A stretch of DNA of 63,795 bases, filler included, from Octopus bimaculoides (taxonomy: Eukaryota): the NCBI RefSeq assembly GCF_001194135.2. It is 4 parts of 3 records of this genome, joined end to end, with 100 filler letters (N's around TTAATTAATTAA, not from the genome) between each part and the next. Parts side by side here need not be neighbours in the genome. Positions count along the whole stretch, not along the records: positions 1 to 25,687 come from NC_068984.1; 3 more parts are not named here. One strand, written 5' to 3'. Below the pieces are notes generated by a model. That model was given only the letters and a program-made list of their open reading frames with translations. It was not told the origin of the DNA and searched no databases. Of this stretch, positions 12,424 to 22,682 are shown piece by piece. Made by a program: the position numbers and the translations under genes. Numbering within the stretch: the stretch's first letter is position 1; each line of letters opens with the position of its first letter.

Positions 12424-12594
12424 CGTGCGCGTGTGTGTGTGTGTGTGGGCGTGCGGTTGTGTATTTGTGTAGTGGAAAGAGAGGGAGATGTAGACAGGAC
12501 TGCATTAAATGATATCTCTTGCTATGTATGCATGGTACCAATTATAAAATTGCATGTGTGTCTAATAATTCGCAATAAACCAAATAAGACTTAC

Positions 12595-12676
12595 ATGGAT
12601 TTCGTTTTCCAACAATCTTCACTTCACAGTTGTCTGCAAAGAAGGTAATTACCAGCGGTGTTCCATCGATTTGAAA
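12595..12676 (-). CDS. Gene A exon 3
   Basis: Acceptor tcttccttactatctctatccaag|, donor CCAT|gtaagt. 82 nt, phase 0 to 1. FQIDGTPLVITFFADNCEVKIVGKRNP. Confidence 0.75.
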
Positions 12677-13875
12677 CTTGGATAGAGATAGTAAGGAAGA
12701 TATGTTGAAAATTGTTACTGTATACAAACTCATGCACTCATACACATGTGCAAACATTCACGCGCACACACACGCACAGATGCACACACACATGCGCGCG
12801 TAAAGGTAACCTTTGTAGCCAATATGCCGGATATATTTAAACATTTTTCTTTAAACGTAAATGACCTATTGCAAGTTTTTATGTAATACTATTTGTTTCA
12901 AAATATATTTGGATATATATATTTTTGTGGTGCTAAGATATGTCTGAAGTTGCTCTTTTCTTGGTGTCTATGATGTGTAAAGCTTTTGACATTCTGTTTA
13001 TTGATAATTTTAATTTTGTGATCGAAGAAAATCCCTTCTTTATGTTTTACTTAATATATTTTCGTGTAATTCCAAAATTGATATGCAATACATCAAAAAG
13101 GAACATGGCCAAAAGAAATGGGGTTTATTCATGAAGAGGACTGGTACAGGATAATATAGCTTGTATTGTGGTTTAATACTCTGGAGGAAAGATAGTTAAT
13201 GCGACATAGCATCGTCAATTGGAAGCTGTAATTAAGACAGAATAAACATTTGTTTCCCTCCTTGAAATCAGAAAAGACTTTCTTTTCAACCTCCTGTTAC
13301 CACTAACAATTCCAGACATATATATATAGAGAGAGAGATTCAACTCCTACAACATTTAAAATAAATACAACAGCCACACTAACGCACTTAGTAATCCGAA
13401 TATATGAAAATTAGATCAGCTCTCTGGAAATGCATTTAAGAGTTCATATAGTATCTAAGGCTAAGTCTTCCATACTGGATCTTTACATTCTATCGCTTTA
13501 TGATTTGTTTTCTATATCTTCTTGAATTCTGTACTTTATTCACATCATAATTATTTACCATCTCAACCTTTACCATTTCCTCAAATTTTATCAAATTTTG
13601 CTGTTACTATTCTTAGGCTAAAGAATAACAATAACAAAAACAACAAATTTTAAACTTATATGAAGGACTAATTTTGTCGTTAGTCTCATGATTGTATCAA
13701 GGTATAAATAAAATTTCAGCATTATTGTTGTAATGTATTACAGAACATGTCCATAAATTTATTAGCCAAAACTGTGTTACGATGAGTGTAAAGATCTTCA
13801 CAATATGATCGTAGACAGATAGATCGAGCGATAGAATGAGAGATAGAAAGAAAGTAAGTGAGAGAGAGAGAGAGG

Positions 13876-13924
<49 letters not shown>

Positions 13925-14049
13925 TTGTACATGTGTATTGGAATCTTCACCAGCAAACGTATACCCTCTCTATCTGACAGTTGTCTATAACCCACACAAA
14001 TTAAATCAAGCATGTATAATTGCTGTTTGTTTTTATATCCACCAGAATA

Positions 14050-14265
14050 TTCTTTTCTACTCTAGGTACAAGGCTCGAAATTTTTGGGGAGGGGGCCAGT
14101 CGGTTAGATCGATCCCAGTACGCAACTGATACTTAATTTAGCGACCCCGAAAGGATGAAAGGCAAAGTTGACCTCGGCGGAATTTGAACTCAGAACGTAA
14201 AGACAGACGAAATACCGCCAAGTATTTCACCCGACGTGCTAACGTTTCTGCCAGCTCCCCGCCTT
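14050..14265 (-). mobile_element. tRNA-derived SINE, family A (near complete; in gene A intron 2)
   Basis: A-box tggcagaaacgttag and B-box gagttcaaattcc, followed by gtcaactttgcctttcatcctttcggggtc..taagta.cagtt. Related copies at about 3500-3600, 32885-33075, 35180-35330 and 37490-37570 (-), and 45255-45440 and 59440-59680 (+). Confidence 0.85.
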
Positions 14266-14457
14266 ATATCCACAAAAATATTGTATAAACGTGTTGGTTG
14301 CAATTGTCATAACACAAAGTATTGGCTGATGCACAAATAGTTATGTTCAATCGTACACAGCAGTACCGAAACAAAACGTTTGTTACATATCTGAGATTTC
14401 GGATTTTTGTATCAGAAGCCCATTCAGGGAGAGGGATAAACAAGACATTTTACATAC

Positions 14458-14618
14458 CTGCCCACTTTCCGGGAAAATCAATTTGAAGAATTTTTTAAGT
14501 TTATCTCCAAGTCCTTTCTCTAGAACTTCTTTTATTTTGGTAAGTGTTTGCTGTACATCAAAGCCTTCACAGAAATCGAACTGGCAGTAGGCAGTGACCA
14601 ACACAAGTAAAAAGACAA
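14458..14618 (-). CDS. Gene A exon 2: signal peptide h/c regions and amphipathic helix
   Basis: Acceptor tatttacag|, donor CAG|gtatgt. 161 nt, phase 1 to 0. VFLLVLVTAYCQFDFCEGFDVQQTLTKIKEVLEKGLGDKLKKFFKLIFPESGQ. Confidence 0.75.
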
Positions 14619-14932
14619 CTGTAAATATATATATATATATATGACTGTGTATATGTATATATGCATGTATGTATATCTATCTATCCATCTACATACATAC
14701 ATACATAAACATACACACACACGCTCACGCTCACACACACGTACACATATAAATATATATATATGTATAGAGAAAATAAGAAAAACATGGAAAATAAATG
14801 GATGTAATTACTGATTTATTTGCATGTTATAAAAAGATAACGTTTTTTTAAAAAAAAAACATAAATAAATTGATTGAAAATTGAAAGCTTGAAGAAAAAT
14901 AAATTAAGATGAAAATAGAAAAAAGAACCTAC

Positions 14933-14954
14933 ATTTATGTTTCAGTCGTACCAT
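14933..14954 (-). CDS. Gene A exon 1 (start of an unrecognised secreted protein)
   Basis: ATG GTA CGA CTG AAA CAT AAA T|gtaggt = MVRLKHK + phase 1. Joins exon 2 to give a canonical signal peptide MVRLKHKFVFLLVLVTAYCQFDFCEG. Confidence 0.6.
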
Positions 14955-15234
14955 CGAGCTGATGGGAATCTACAAGCATATCGTTTAATGCTAAGGAAGT
15001 TGCCATATTCAAGGTATATGTGGTAGGACTTCGTCAGGGTTCAAAAAGAGCTAACGCAACTTTTGAGGGAAGTGTATAATATTGGCAGGTTAAAAGTTAA
15101 AACTACGTATTGAGATTTTATTTGATTGGTAGATTTTGAATATTTGTGAATATACCATATATAATATATTATAGCTAGGAAACAAATAAATAAATAGAAA
15201 AAAAAAGATGAATGAAGTATACAAATATAGAGTT

Positions 15235-16950
15235 GGCTCTGTTGGTGTTGCTGTTGCTGTCGTTGATGCCGGTAAGGCTGTTCGCTGTGGTGGTGGTGTC
15301 AGTGTTGCTGGTTCTGCCCTCGTGTCTGCAGCTACTATGGCTGCTATAGTTTCTGCTTCTAGAACTGGCTGGGTTCGTCCGCACCTCGGCTTGATAGACG
15401 ACACCTTTGGTTTCGCAGCGGCCTTCTATTGGGCAACTGTTGCGGATCCTGCATGAACAACCCGCTTCTTCCCGTTGCTTAGGGGCTCTAACTAAAATTC
15501 TCTAAATACTAGTTGCACAACTAAACGAGACCCTAATGTTGTGCCTGTTGAAAATGGGAGCGTACCTATGAGAGTTTGTAAAATGTTTGTCTATTAATTT
15601 TAGGAAAAGTCTATCCACGTTATAGTATTAAAGGAGAAGGGTGGGTTGGGTGGATGAACCAAATTGTATTTCTGCGGCGTTTCCTTCTGCGAGTGTTGGG
15701 TTCCGGCATATAGGAGATGCTGTCCTTGAACCCGCTGGCGGCTAGGGCGTCGAAGACCTCTGGGTTAGAGAAAAGTCTCGAAATCCTCTTACTAACACCC
15801 TTTACCAGGTTCTTAAACACGATGGGTGGGTAGCATGAGGCTGTGTTGATGTACGTTAGTCTCTCGTTTGGTTTGCGGTAGGGCCTGTAGGTACCGGAAC
15901 CCAAGTCCAGCGTGACATCTAAGAAGTCTGCTGTGGTGAGGTTAGTCTCTATGGTGATCTTCAATCCCATGAAGTCAAGCGTGCTGATTCAAAGGAGCCC
16001 GTGGGGTCCTATTGCTTGACCCACGCCAAACCTTTGTTAAACAGTACTGTATTCCTATCGTGAATAATAATTTCTATATCCCTGTCGCTAATGTTAGTTA
16101 GGCTCCTAGCGAAAGAAAGCGCTTTGGTCCGTAACCCTTTCGATATAGACGGGTACGAATCGACTATATCGAATTGGGTTGAACCTTGCTCTGCCTCTAC
16201 CCTTGTTGACGTTAAACCATGCGGCCACTTCGCTGGTGCTGCGCCACAAGGAGATGTTACTGACCCTTCTTATGGTGTTGCTGATATCTTGCAAAATATG
16301 TTTGCTCGCCAGACCGATCTCGGATTTGGCTGGGTTGATCAGGCGGCACTTAAGGTCAGAGGCAAAGTTTGGTTTGTGATCATTCATGGTAATGAAAGCG
16401 TTTCTTTTAGCTAGGATTTCTATCCTGTCTCCTGTCTCTAAATTGTAAGCTAATTTTTTAACCTCACTGTTGATGTCCCTATATGTAAGCGGGAGTGGGG
16501 GTGGCGTCTGTAAGTCTGTGTAATATTATTTTCTAGTAGCCTATTTATTGTATTCTATGGTGTCTAGCCTATATAAGTTTTTCGTCTTATCGCAGAAAAT
16601 TAGGGACCTATCCGAGTTTTTTAATGATCTAAAGTCGGCACGGAGTTTACGTTGGAATTTCAGTTTTGGGATAATTCCTAGGAGGTCCGCTTCAAAGGGT
16701 TCGAGGTCTTTAATTCTGGGCGGGTATTTCCTCGATCTAATGCCGTAGTTGTATCCCTCCGGGCCTGGTGCGGTTAGGTCGCAGTGGAAATCTTTCCATC
16801 TAATACGCCTAATCACGTCCATGATCTTCTCCAGAATCATTCGGGTATATAGTTCGTTGGACGCGTGGGGATGTTTTTGTTGGAGTATCCAAGGTCGAAT
16901 CGTTCCATATTTAAGGGGCTTGTGGCCTCCGTAAAAATGTAGAAGCATTG
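15235..16950 (-). mobile_element. Penelope-like element (Hydra-clade-like), inverted 5' part: N-terminus, RT, Cys linker and GIY half
   Basis: YSNKNIP; IRRIRWK; CDKTKNLY; KCRLINPAKSEIG; GLKITIETN..DFLDVTLDL..GTYRPYRKPN; RNTIWF; FLKLIDKHF..IFNRHNIRVSFSC; CSCRIRNSCPIEGRCETKGVVYQAEV, then a Ser/Asn/Thr run. The RT YxDD region is deleted near 15990. Confidence 0.85.
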
Positions 16951-17004
16951 CGCTGGTCAGCTATTTGGCGGAGACCACGTGGACACTGCGAAAAACTCCG
17001 GCTA

Positions 17005-17255
17005 GGTAACATCGACAGCACCCCCTCCACATCCGGCAATAACATTACCACCTCTACTACCAACCCCACCTTCACCAAAACCAACACCAATGGCCGCAGC
17101 AACCTCATCGTCGACCACAGCGTCAGCAACAACAGCATCACATTGGTCGACCCCAGTAACATCATCGTCGGCAGCACCGGCAACGACAATGACAGCGGTA
17201 GCAACATCATTGTCGACAGCAGTGGCAGCAGCAGCAACAGCAGCAGAAACAGCAA

Positions 17256-17287
<32 letters not shown>

Positions 17288-18500
17288 GCAGAAACAGCAG
17301 CAGCAGCAACAGCAGCAGCAGCAACAGCAGCAGAAACAGCAGCAGCAACAGCAGCAACAGCAGCAACAGCAGCAGAAACNNNNNNNNNNAAACAGCAGCA
17401 GCAACAGCAGCAACAGCAGCAACAACAGCAGAAACAGCAGCAGCAGCAACAGCAGCAGCAGCAACGGCAGCAGAAACAGCAGCAGCAGCAGCAACAGCAG
17501 CAACAACAGCAGCAGCAACAGCAGCAGCAATAACGGCAGCAGCACCAACACATGCACCACCGGCAACACACGCGGGCGAAGTAACACTACCGAAGCATCC
17601 ACAATCTCCAGTGGTAGCTCCACCAACAGCCCCAGCTCCAGCACCATCTGAATCAGTACCATTAGTAGCACCAACAGCAGCAGCAGCAACAGCAACAATA
17701 GCGGCACCGACGGCGGCAACAATATCGGAAACTACAACCACAACAGCACCGATAGCAGCAAAAACAACAGCGAAAGTAGGTACGACACCGACTCCACGCA
17801 TCCAAGAAAATACATTGGATGCATGGAAATTTCCGTTAAGAAACGTCTTTCCAGCCATAGATCCTCCTTCAGGGTCCTGGAAAGGAGATATGTAACATCG
17901 CTGACCAGCCATTTCTGGCAACTGAATGAAGATGGAATTCCATACTCGATATCATCGAAAACCCTCCACCGTCCGGGTTCGTACATAAATGTAACGAAAC
18001 GCTGCAAGCTATGAATAGCCGAACGCATGGAAATCCTGAAAAACTCGCACGTACCAGGGACCATACCGAACCCCGAACGGAGATTTTGGGACCGATCTTG
18101 CATTTCAGGAGATTCCTATTAATGTTTTGGGACCCGCATAATAACGATAATATCAGTATTAACGATAATTACACCACAGCTGGAAATTGATTGCTGATGA
18201 GAGTACTCTACCTTTTACCCTCCTAGCCGACAGGTAGCGTGACTGAAGGAGGACGACGCAGCCGGAAGCCGATGACCAGCTCCAATGGGAGATAATCCCC
18301 ATTGTTTACATCTGTATCGTTTTCCCCCCTCCATATTTTAAAGAGGCCATATGCCAACAGGTCTTAAGGTCTGAAAATATGTCAGAAAGGTACCCTTTAT
18401 GGCGAGAAATCCAGGGTGACCCTATAAACTGGCCTTCACCAGTAATTAATATATATATCATATTGTGTCTTGAGGGAGGGTCATTACGCCAATAATGATA
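17005..18500 (+). mobile_element. Same PLE, forward 3' part: Ser/Asn-rich insert, YIG half of the endonuclease and 3' UTR
   Basis: (AGC/AAC)-rich frame leads into PRKYIGCMEISVKKRLSSHRSSF...TSLTSHFWQL...RCKL*IAERMEIL..., frameshift, TEILGPILHFRRFLL. The 3' end position is approximate. Confidence 0.8.
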
Positions 18501-18903
18501 ATAATACTCACACTAGTTCAATGCCACTTCGTTATTGTTAATCAATTGATTAAACATCTGGTCAGCTATCTAATCGATTGTTTGTTTATTATGCTGGATA
18601 AACAATTAATCAGTTGTTTTTTCGTCATCATTTCCGACCTTTTTAGTGACTTAGTGACTTCTCCTCTCTCTCCTGGGTTTGCTGTGAGTCTGTCTGATAA
18701 TCGGTCTCATACCTGTGTACCTGCATACTCGCTTGTGTGTTTGCTTAAAAGAGGATGTAAGGCTGAAAGTAAACGAAAAGTCTGTGTGTAGATAGAGGGG
18801 GCGGGCATGCACTCGTGTGTGTGGTTGTGTGTGTACATCCGCATGGCTGCTTGTATGTGTGAGTGTGTGTGTGCGTGTGTGCGCGCGCGTTCATGTGTTG
18901 ATG

Positions 18904-18959
<56 letters not shown>

Positions 18960-18966
<7 letters not shown>

Positions 18967-20480
18967 GAAACCAAAAATATATTTAAAGTGAGCTACTTGG
19001 TCAGCCAATTGATCGCAAAAGCGGGTAAGCCGCATACAATTGGTGAAAGTTTGGTGAAACCAGCTATGGTTATCTGTGCAAGTGAACTCAAAACGCCGTA
19101 ACCGTCTCACAAAAAGTCCCCCTTCCGAATGATACTTTCAAGCACAGACAAGGTGAGATGGCGGAAGACCTCGATAAACAGCTAGTTGAGACACTAAGAA
19201 TCTCGAAGTTTTCTTTCCAAATCGACGAGACAAACATCAGGAACTCCTCGCTGCTATTGGCATATGCTCGATATTTTGACGAAGAAATGCTGGAAGAAAT
19301 GCTCTTCCTGAAGAAACTGCCGGATACAAAAAGTGAAACTATATTTTCGGCTGTTCACAGATATCTTCAACAGAAGGGAATACCCCTGGAAAAGCTTTTT
19401 CAAATCGCGACAGATGGTTCTTGTGCGATGACCGGCAAACACAATGGTTTCATAGCAAAATTCAAAGAAGTTGCTCCGCACTTGTCCATTCATTGAATCA
19501 TTCATCGGGTACATCTGACTGCAAAATCCCTAGGTGGCGATATGGAGATGGCATTACAGGTTGTTGTTTCAGCTGTCAATTTCATTAAAGCCAATGCCTT
19601 TCACGACCGAATTTTTCAAAAACTATGCGAAAACGATCATCAGACACTACTAATGCACACCGAGGTTCGATGGCTTTCCAAAGGCGATTCCCTTCTTCGT
19701 CTAGCTGAAATGTGGACCATGGCTCTTTCCTTTGTCAATCTTATGAAATCGCAAGCCTGCCCAAAAAAACAGATAGATAAGGCTAATGCCCTATTTTCGG
19801 CCATGAATGAAGATGACACAAAGGCTAAAATTTTCTATTTGGCTGATCTGTTTTCGCATGTCAACCAACTGAATAAAACCTTGCAATAGCGGGATACCAC
19901 TGCTGTGGAATGCGTGGAAAAAATTCGTCCTTTCGTTATCAAATTGAACCTTTGGCAGCTGCACCTTCAGAAGAGGGTCTTCACGTTCTTTGGCAACTTA
20001 GTAAAAGCCTCTTCTTCCTCCGATGTCATTGCAAGCTTTACAAATCATTTGGAAAGCTTAAGAGAAGGTATCAATCGATGGTTTAAGGATGTCATCGAAA
20101 TAAAACCCACTAAATCGATTTCTGATGTTGCTCATTTTGATGTTTTAAGCGAGGATAGCATCGATCCTATCATTGCCACAGATTTGGTCGAACTTAAAGA
20201 AAACAATCATTTGACACCAAAAAGGAGGATTGATGGCATGGTTGGAAGTGAAATCCTCATTTCCTGTCCTCTTCGAAAAGGTGTTGCCCTTTCTTTAATG
20301 GTTTCCTATAACGTGTTTGGGTAAAGTTGGATTTTCTGCAGCAAATCATATTCCAACAACTAAAAGAAATGTACGACAAATTGAGAAGAGACGTGATTTA
20401 CAGTTTAAGCTGAACCAAGATATGAAGGTGGACCTGGACAAATTGATTGGAAGACACCAAGTACACTGCTGTCATTGAAC
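18960..20480 (+). mobile_element. Decayed hAT transposase (Buster/Charlie/ZBED5-like)
   Basis: SYLVSQLIAKAGKPHTIGESLVKPA; FSFQIDET; ATDGSCAMTGKHNG; H*IIHR; LLMHTEVRWLSKG; LADLFSHVNQLNKTLQ. Stops and frameshifts present. Confidence 0.95.
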
Positions 20481-20627
20481 TTAATTCATATTTTCCGATT
20501 TATTTCATTAATAATTATTTCGCTGTTTTTTTTTTTATCTGTCTTTTTGAGTGAGAATAAGTAAAGTAAATATCCTATACTTGCATTTTTTGGTAGTGTC
20601 AATAAGTGTCAAATGGATGCATTAGGA

Positions 20628-20857
20628 CAGTGGTTCTTAATCTGTGTTCAGTTGAACCCCGGGGGTTCGGTGAGCCAAATCTATAGGTTCGGCAGAAGGC
20701 CTCTGACATAAATTTATGTATTCATTTTGATATAAGTTGCGATGTAAGAGGTTCGGTAATTGGTCGGTGGATTGGATAAAGGTTGGGTTTGTGGTCGGTG
20801 GGCGTGATTGGGGTTCGGCACCTCTAAAAAGGTTATAATCACTTACAAGAACCACTA
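20628..20857. mobile_element. hAT-type MITE
   Basis: TIRs cagtggttctt... / ...aagaaccact(a), with the internal gggttcggc motifs typical of Charlie-like MITEs. Confidence 0.7.
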
Positions 20858-21099
20858 AATAATAGTCCAGGTAAATTGGTATAAATGGGTGTTGGACTAC
20901 ATGAAAGAGGAGTTAAATTTGTTTCAAATCCAGGCCACATGCAAGCTGTTGCAAAAATTCGAAATTTCTATAAAAGAGACAAAATTTAACTCTTTAGGGA
21001 CAAAAGGATTTATGCAGTATGCCGGATTTGTACGTCTTTCTCTACATTAATCTTTTCAAGGCAACATAAAATTAGCTACTTATATTATATCAATAGTGC

Positions 21100-21184
21100 T
21101 AATATGGTCTTCATTCCAGTGGGCCCCGGAATTATTGGGGGTAAGAAAAGTGGGTCCCGGATACAAAAAGTTTGAGAACAACTG
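21100..21184. mobile_element. hAT right terminus (possibly belonging to the 19-20 kb element)
   Basis: Ends in aaaaagtttgagaacaactg, the reverse complement of a CAGTGGTTCTCAAACTTTTT-type TIR. Confidence 0.6.
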
Positions 21185-22643
21185 GGTTATATGCATTCTG
21201 CTGTCGTTAACCCTACCCTTTATATATATATGTCTATACCATCATATATATGCTCAACTAGCCACAGGAAAGCACCAATGTATGCATATTGCGTGAGTGA
21301 TAACATTGGTGTTGAAGATCTACAACCTCTTATGTAAATTTTCTCTTCAATTTTCATAATGTCTCATTTATAAGAACAGACTTGTGTATTTGTCTTAACC
21401 ACGGGTTTTCAATGTTTTTTTTTTTATCAATGGATCTCTTTGACTGCTATTATATTTTGATAAACTCCCATAGCCATTGAATGTATAAAAACTAGTTTTA
21501 TAGATACTTCTTTCAAAATTCCTATTTTGTTTTTCACACATTAACTTGTGTAGGTTGAACGATATAAAATGTAAGAGAAAGGACCCTAGCTGTTTCTCGC
21601 AATACATGCCAATACATACATCTAAAACGAAGGATAGATTGTAATGATAAAGTCAGCTTCCATTTTAAGATTTTATTTTAAATAAAATGTTAAACAAGTA
21701 TTCGCAATAGACATAAATTCACTTTAGATAAATGTGGATATTCTATACCGTAGATAGCATATAACATCTATTTTCAATTTTGTGGAGTTTAAACATCTTT
21801 AGACAGCGTTCAGTGACTGTTCGTAATGCATCCAGTCCCATAGCTTTGTTTTTTTTTCTCGTCGTATTTTATTCTTCGTGTTTGGGCCCAAAATAAATCT
21901 ATGTATATATGTAAAAGTCATGACAGATCCAAGAAAAGGTTTATAATTTTTACATAAACTATATATTTAGTAGCGAACAGTAAAAAACATTTTCGCAATG
22001 CTATATCAATTCCCAATGAGATTTAACAGCAATAATGCATAAAACTTTTTAAAAAACACCTCGAAATAATCATACTGGATCAGGGCAGTCCAGGTTTCAA
22101 AGACCAACAACAAAAGTAATCCTATATGTTCTATACCTGAAACAAAAATATGCATAATAATGATGGCTTGAGTGGCTTTCAGCAGATGTAGGGCTACTGA
22201 TCTTGGAGAGAGCAAGGGTTAACACACAGCAGCATAAAAATAAAATTGAAAAAAAAAAAACTACAGCAGACGTTGATGATTTGAAAATATGATGAAAGTC
22301 AAGAGAAAGAAAGATTAAAAGATTCCATCTTACTTACTGGAAAGTCTCATTGTTGTTGTTTAGCGGTAAATTATCGAGGACCAACTGTTGAAGTGTCCTA
22401 CGTATCTCTTATCTATATATGCAGGAATATAAACTCACTGCTATACATACATGTGTGCGTGTGTATATGGGCATGTGTGTCTGAGTATGTATGTATGTAT
22501 GTATGTATGTATGTATGTATGTATGTATGCATGCATGCAAGTATATATGCATGTGTGTATGAATATATAAACGTACATACTAACACGCACACATGTAAGT
22601 ATGTATTTATATATGTATGTATTGTGTGTGCAGATAATTATAT

Positions 22644-22682
<39 letters not shown>

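Noticed and set aside
13200-13285. Candidate phase 0-0 exon EGNKCLFCLNYSFQLTMLCRINYLSSR as the missing middle of gene A
   Set aside because: No resemblance to the expected strands and a weak donor (gtatta).
14050-14265. tRNA genes or a CRISPR-like array from the recurring A/B-box repeats
   Set aside because: These are SINE heads followed by SINE bodies, dispersed in both orientations. There is no cloverleaf and no repeat-spacer structure.
16911-17921. Long poly-Ala, poly-Leu, poly-Gln and poly-Cys ORFs (315-336 aa), including the mucin-like TAAPTHAPP frame
   Set aside because: These are alternative frames of the (AGC/AAC) insert. Only the Ser/Asn frame leads into the YIG motif, and the 10-N gap shifts the listed frames.
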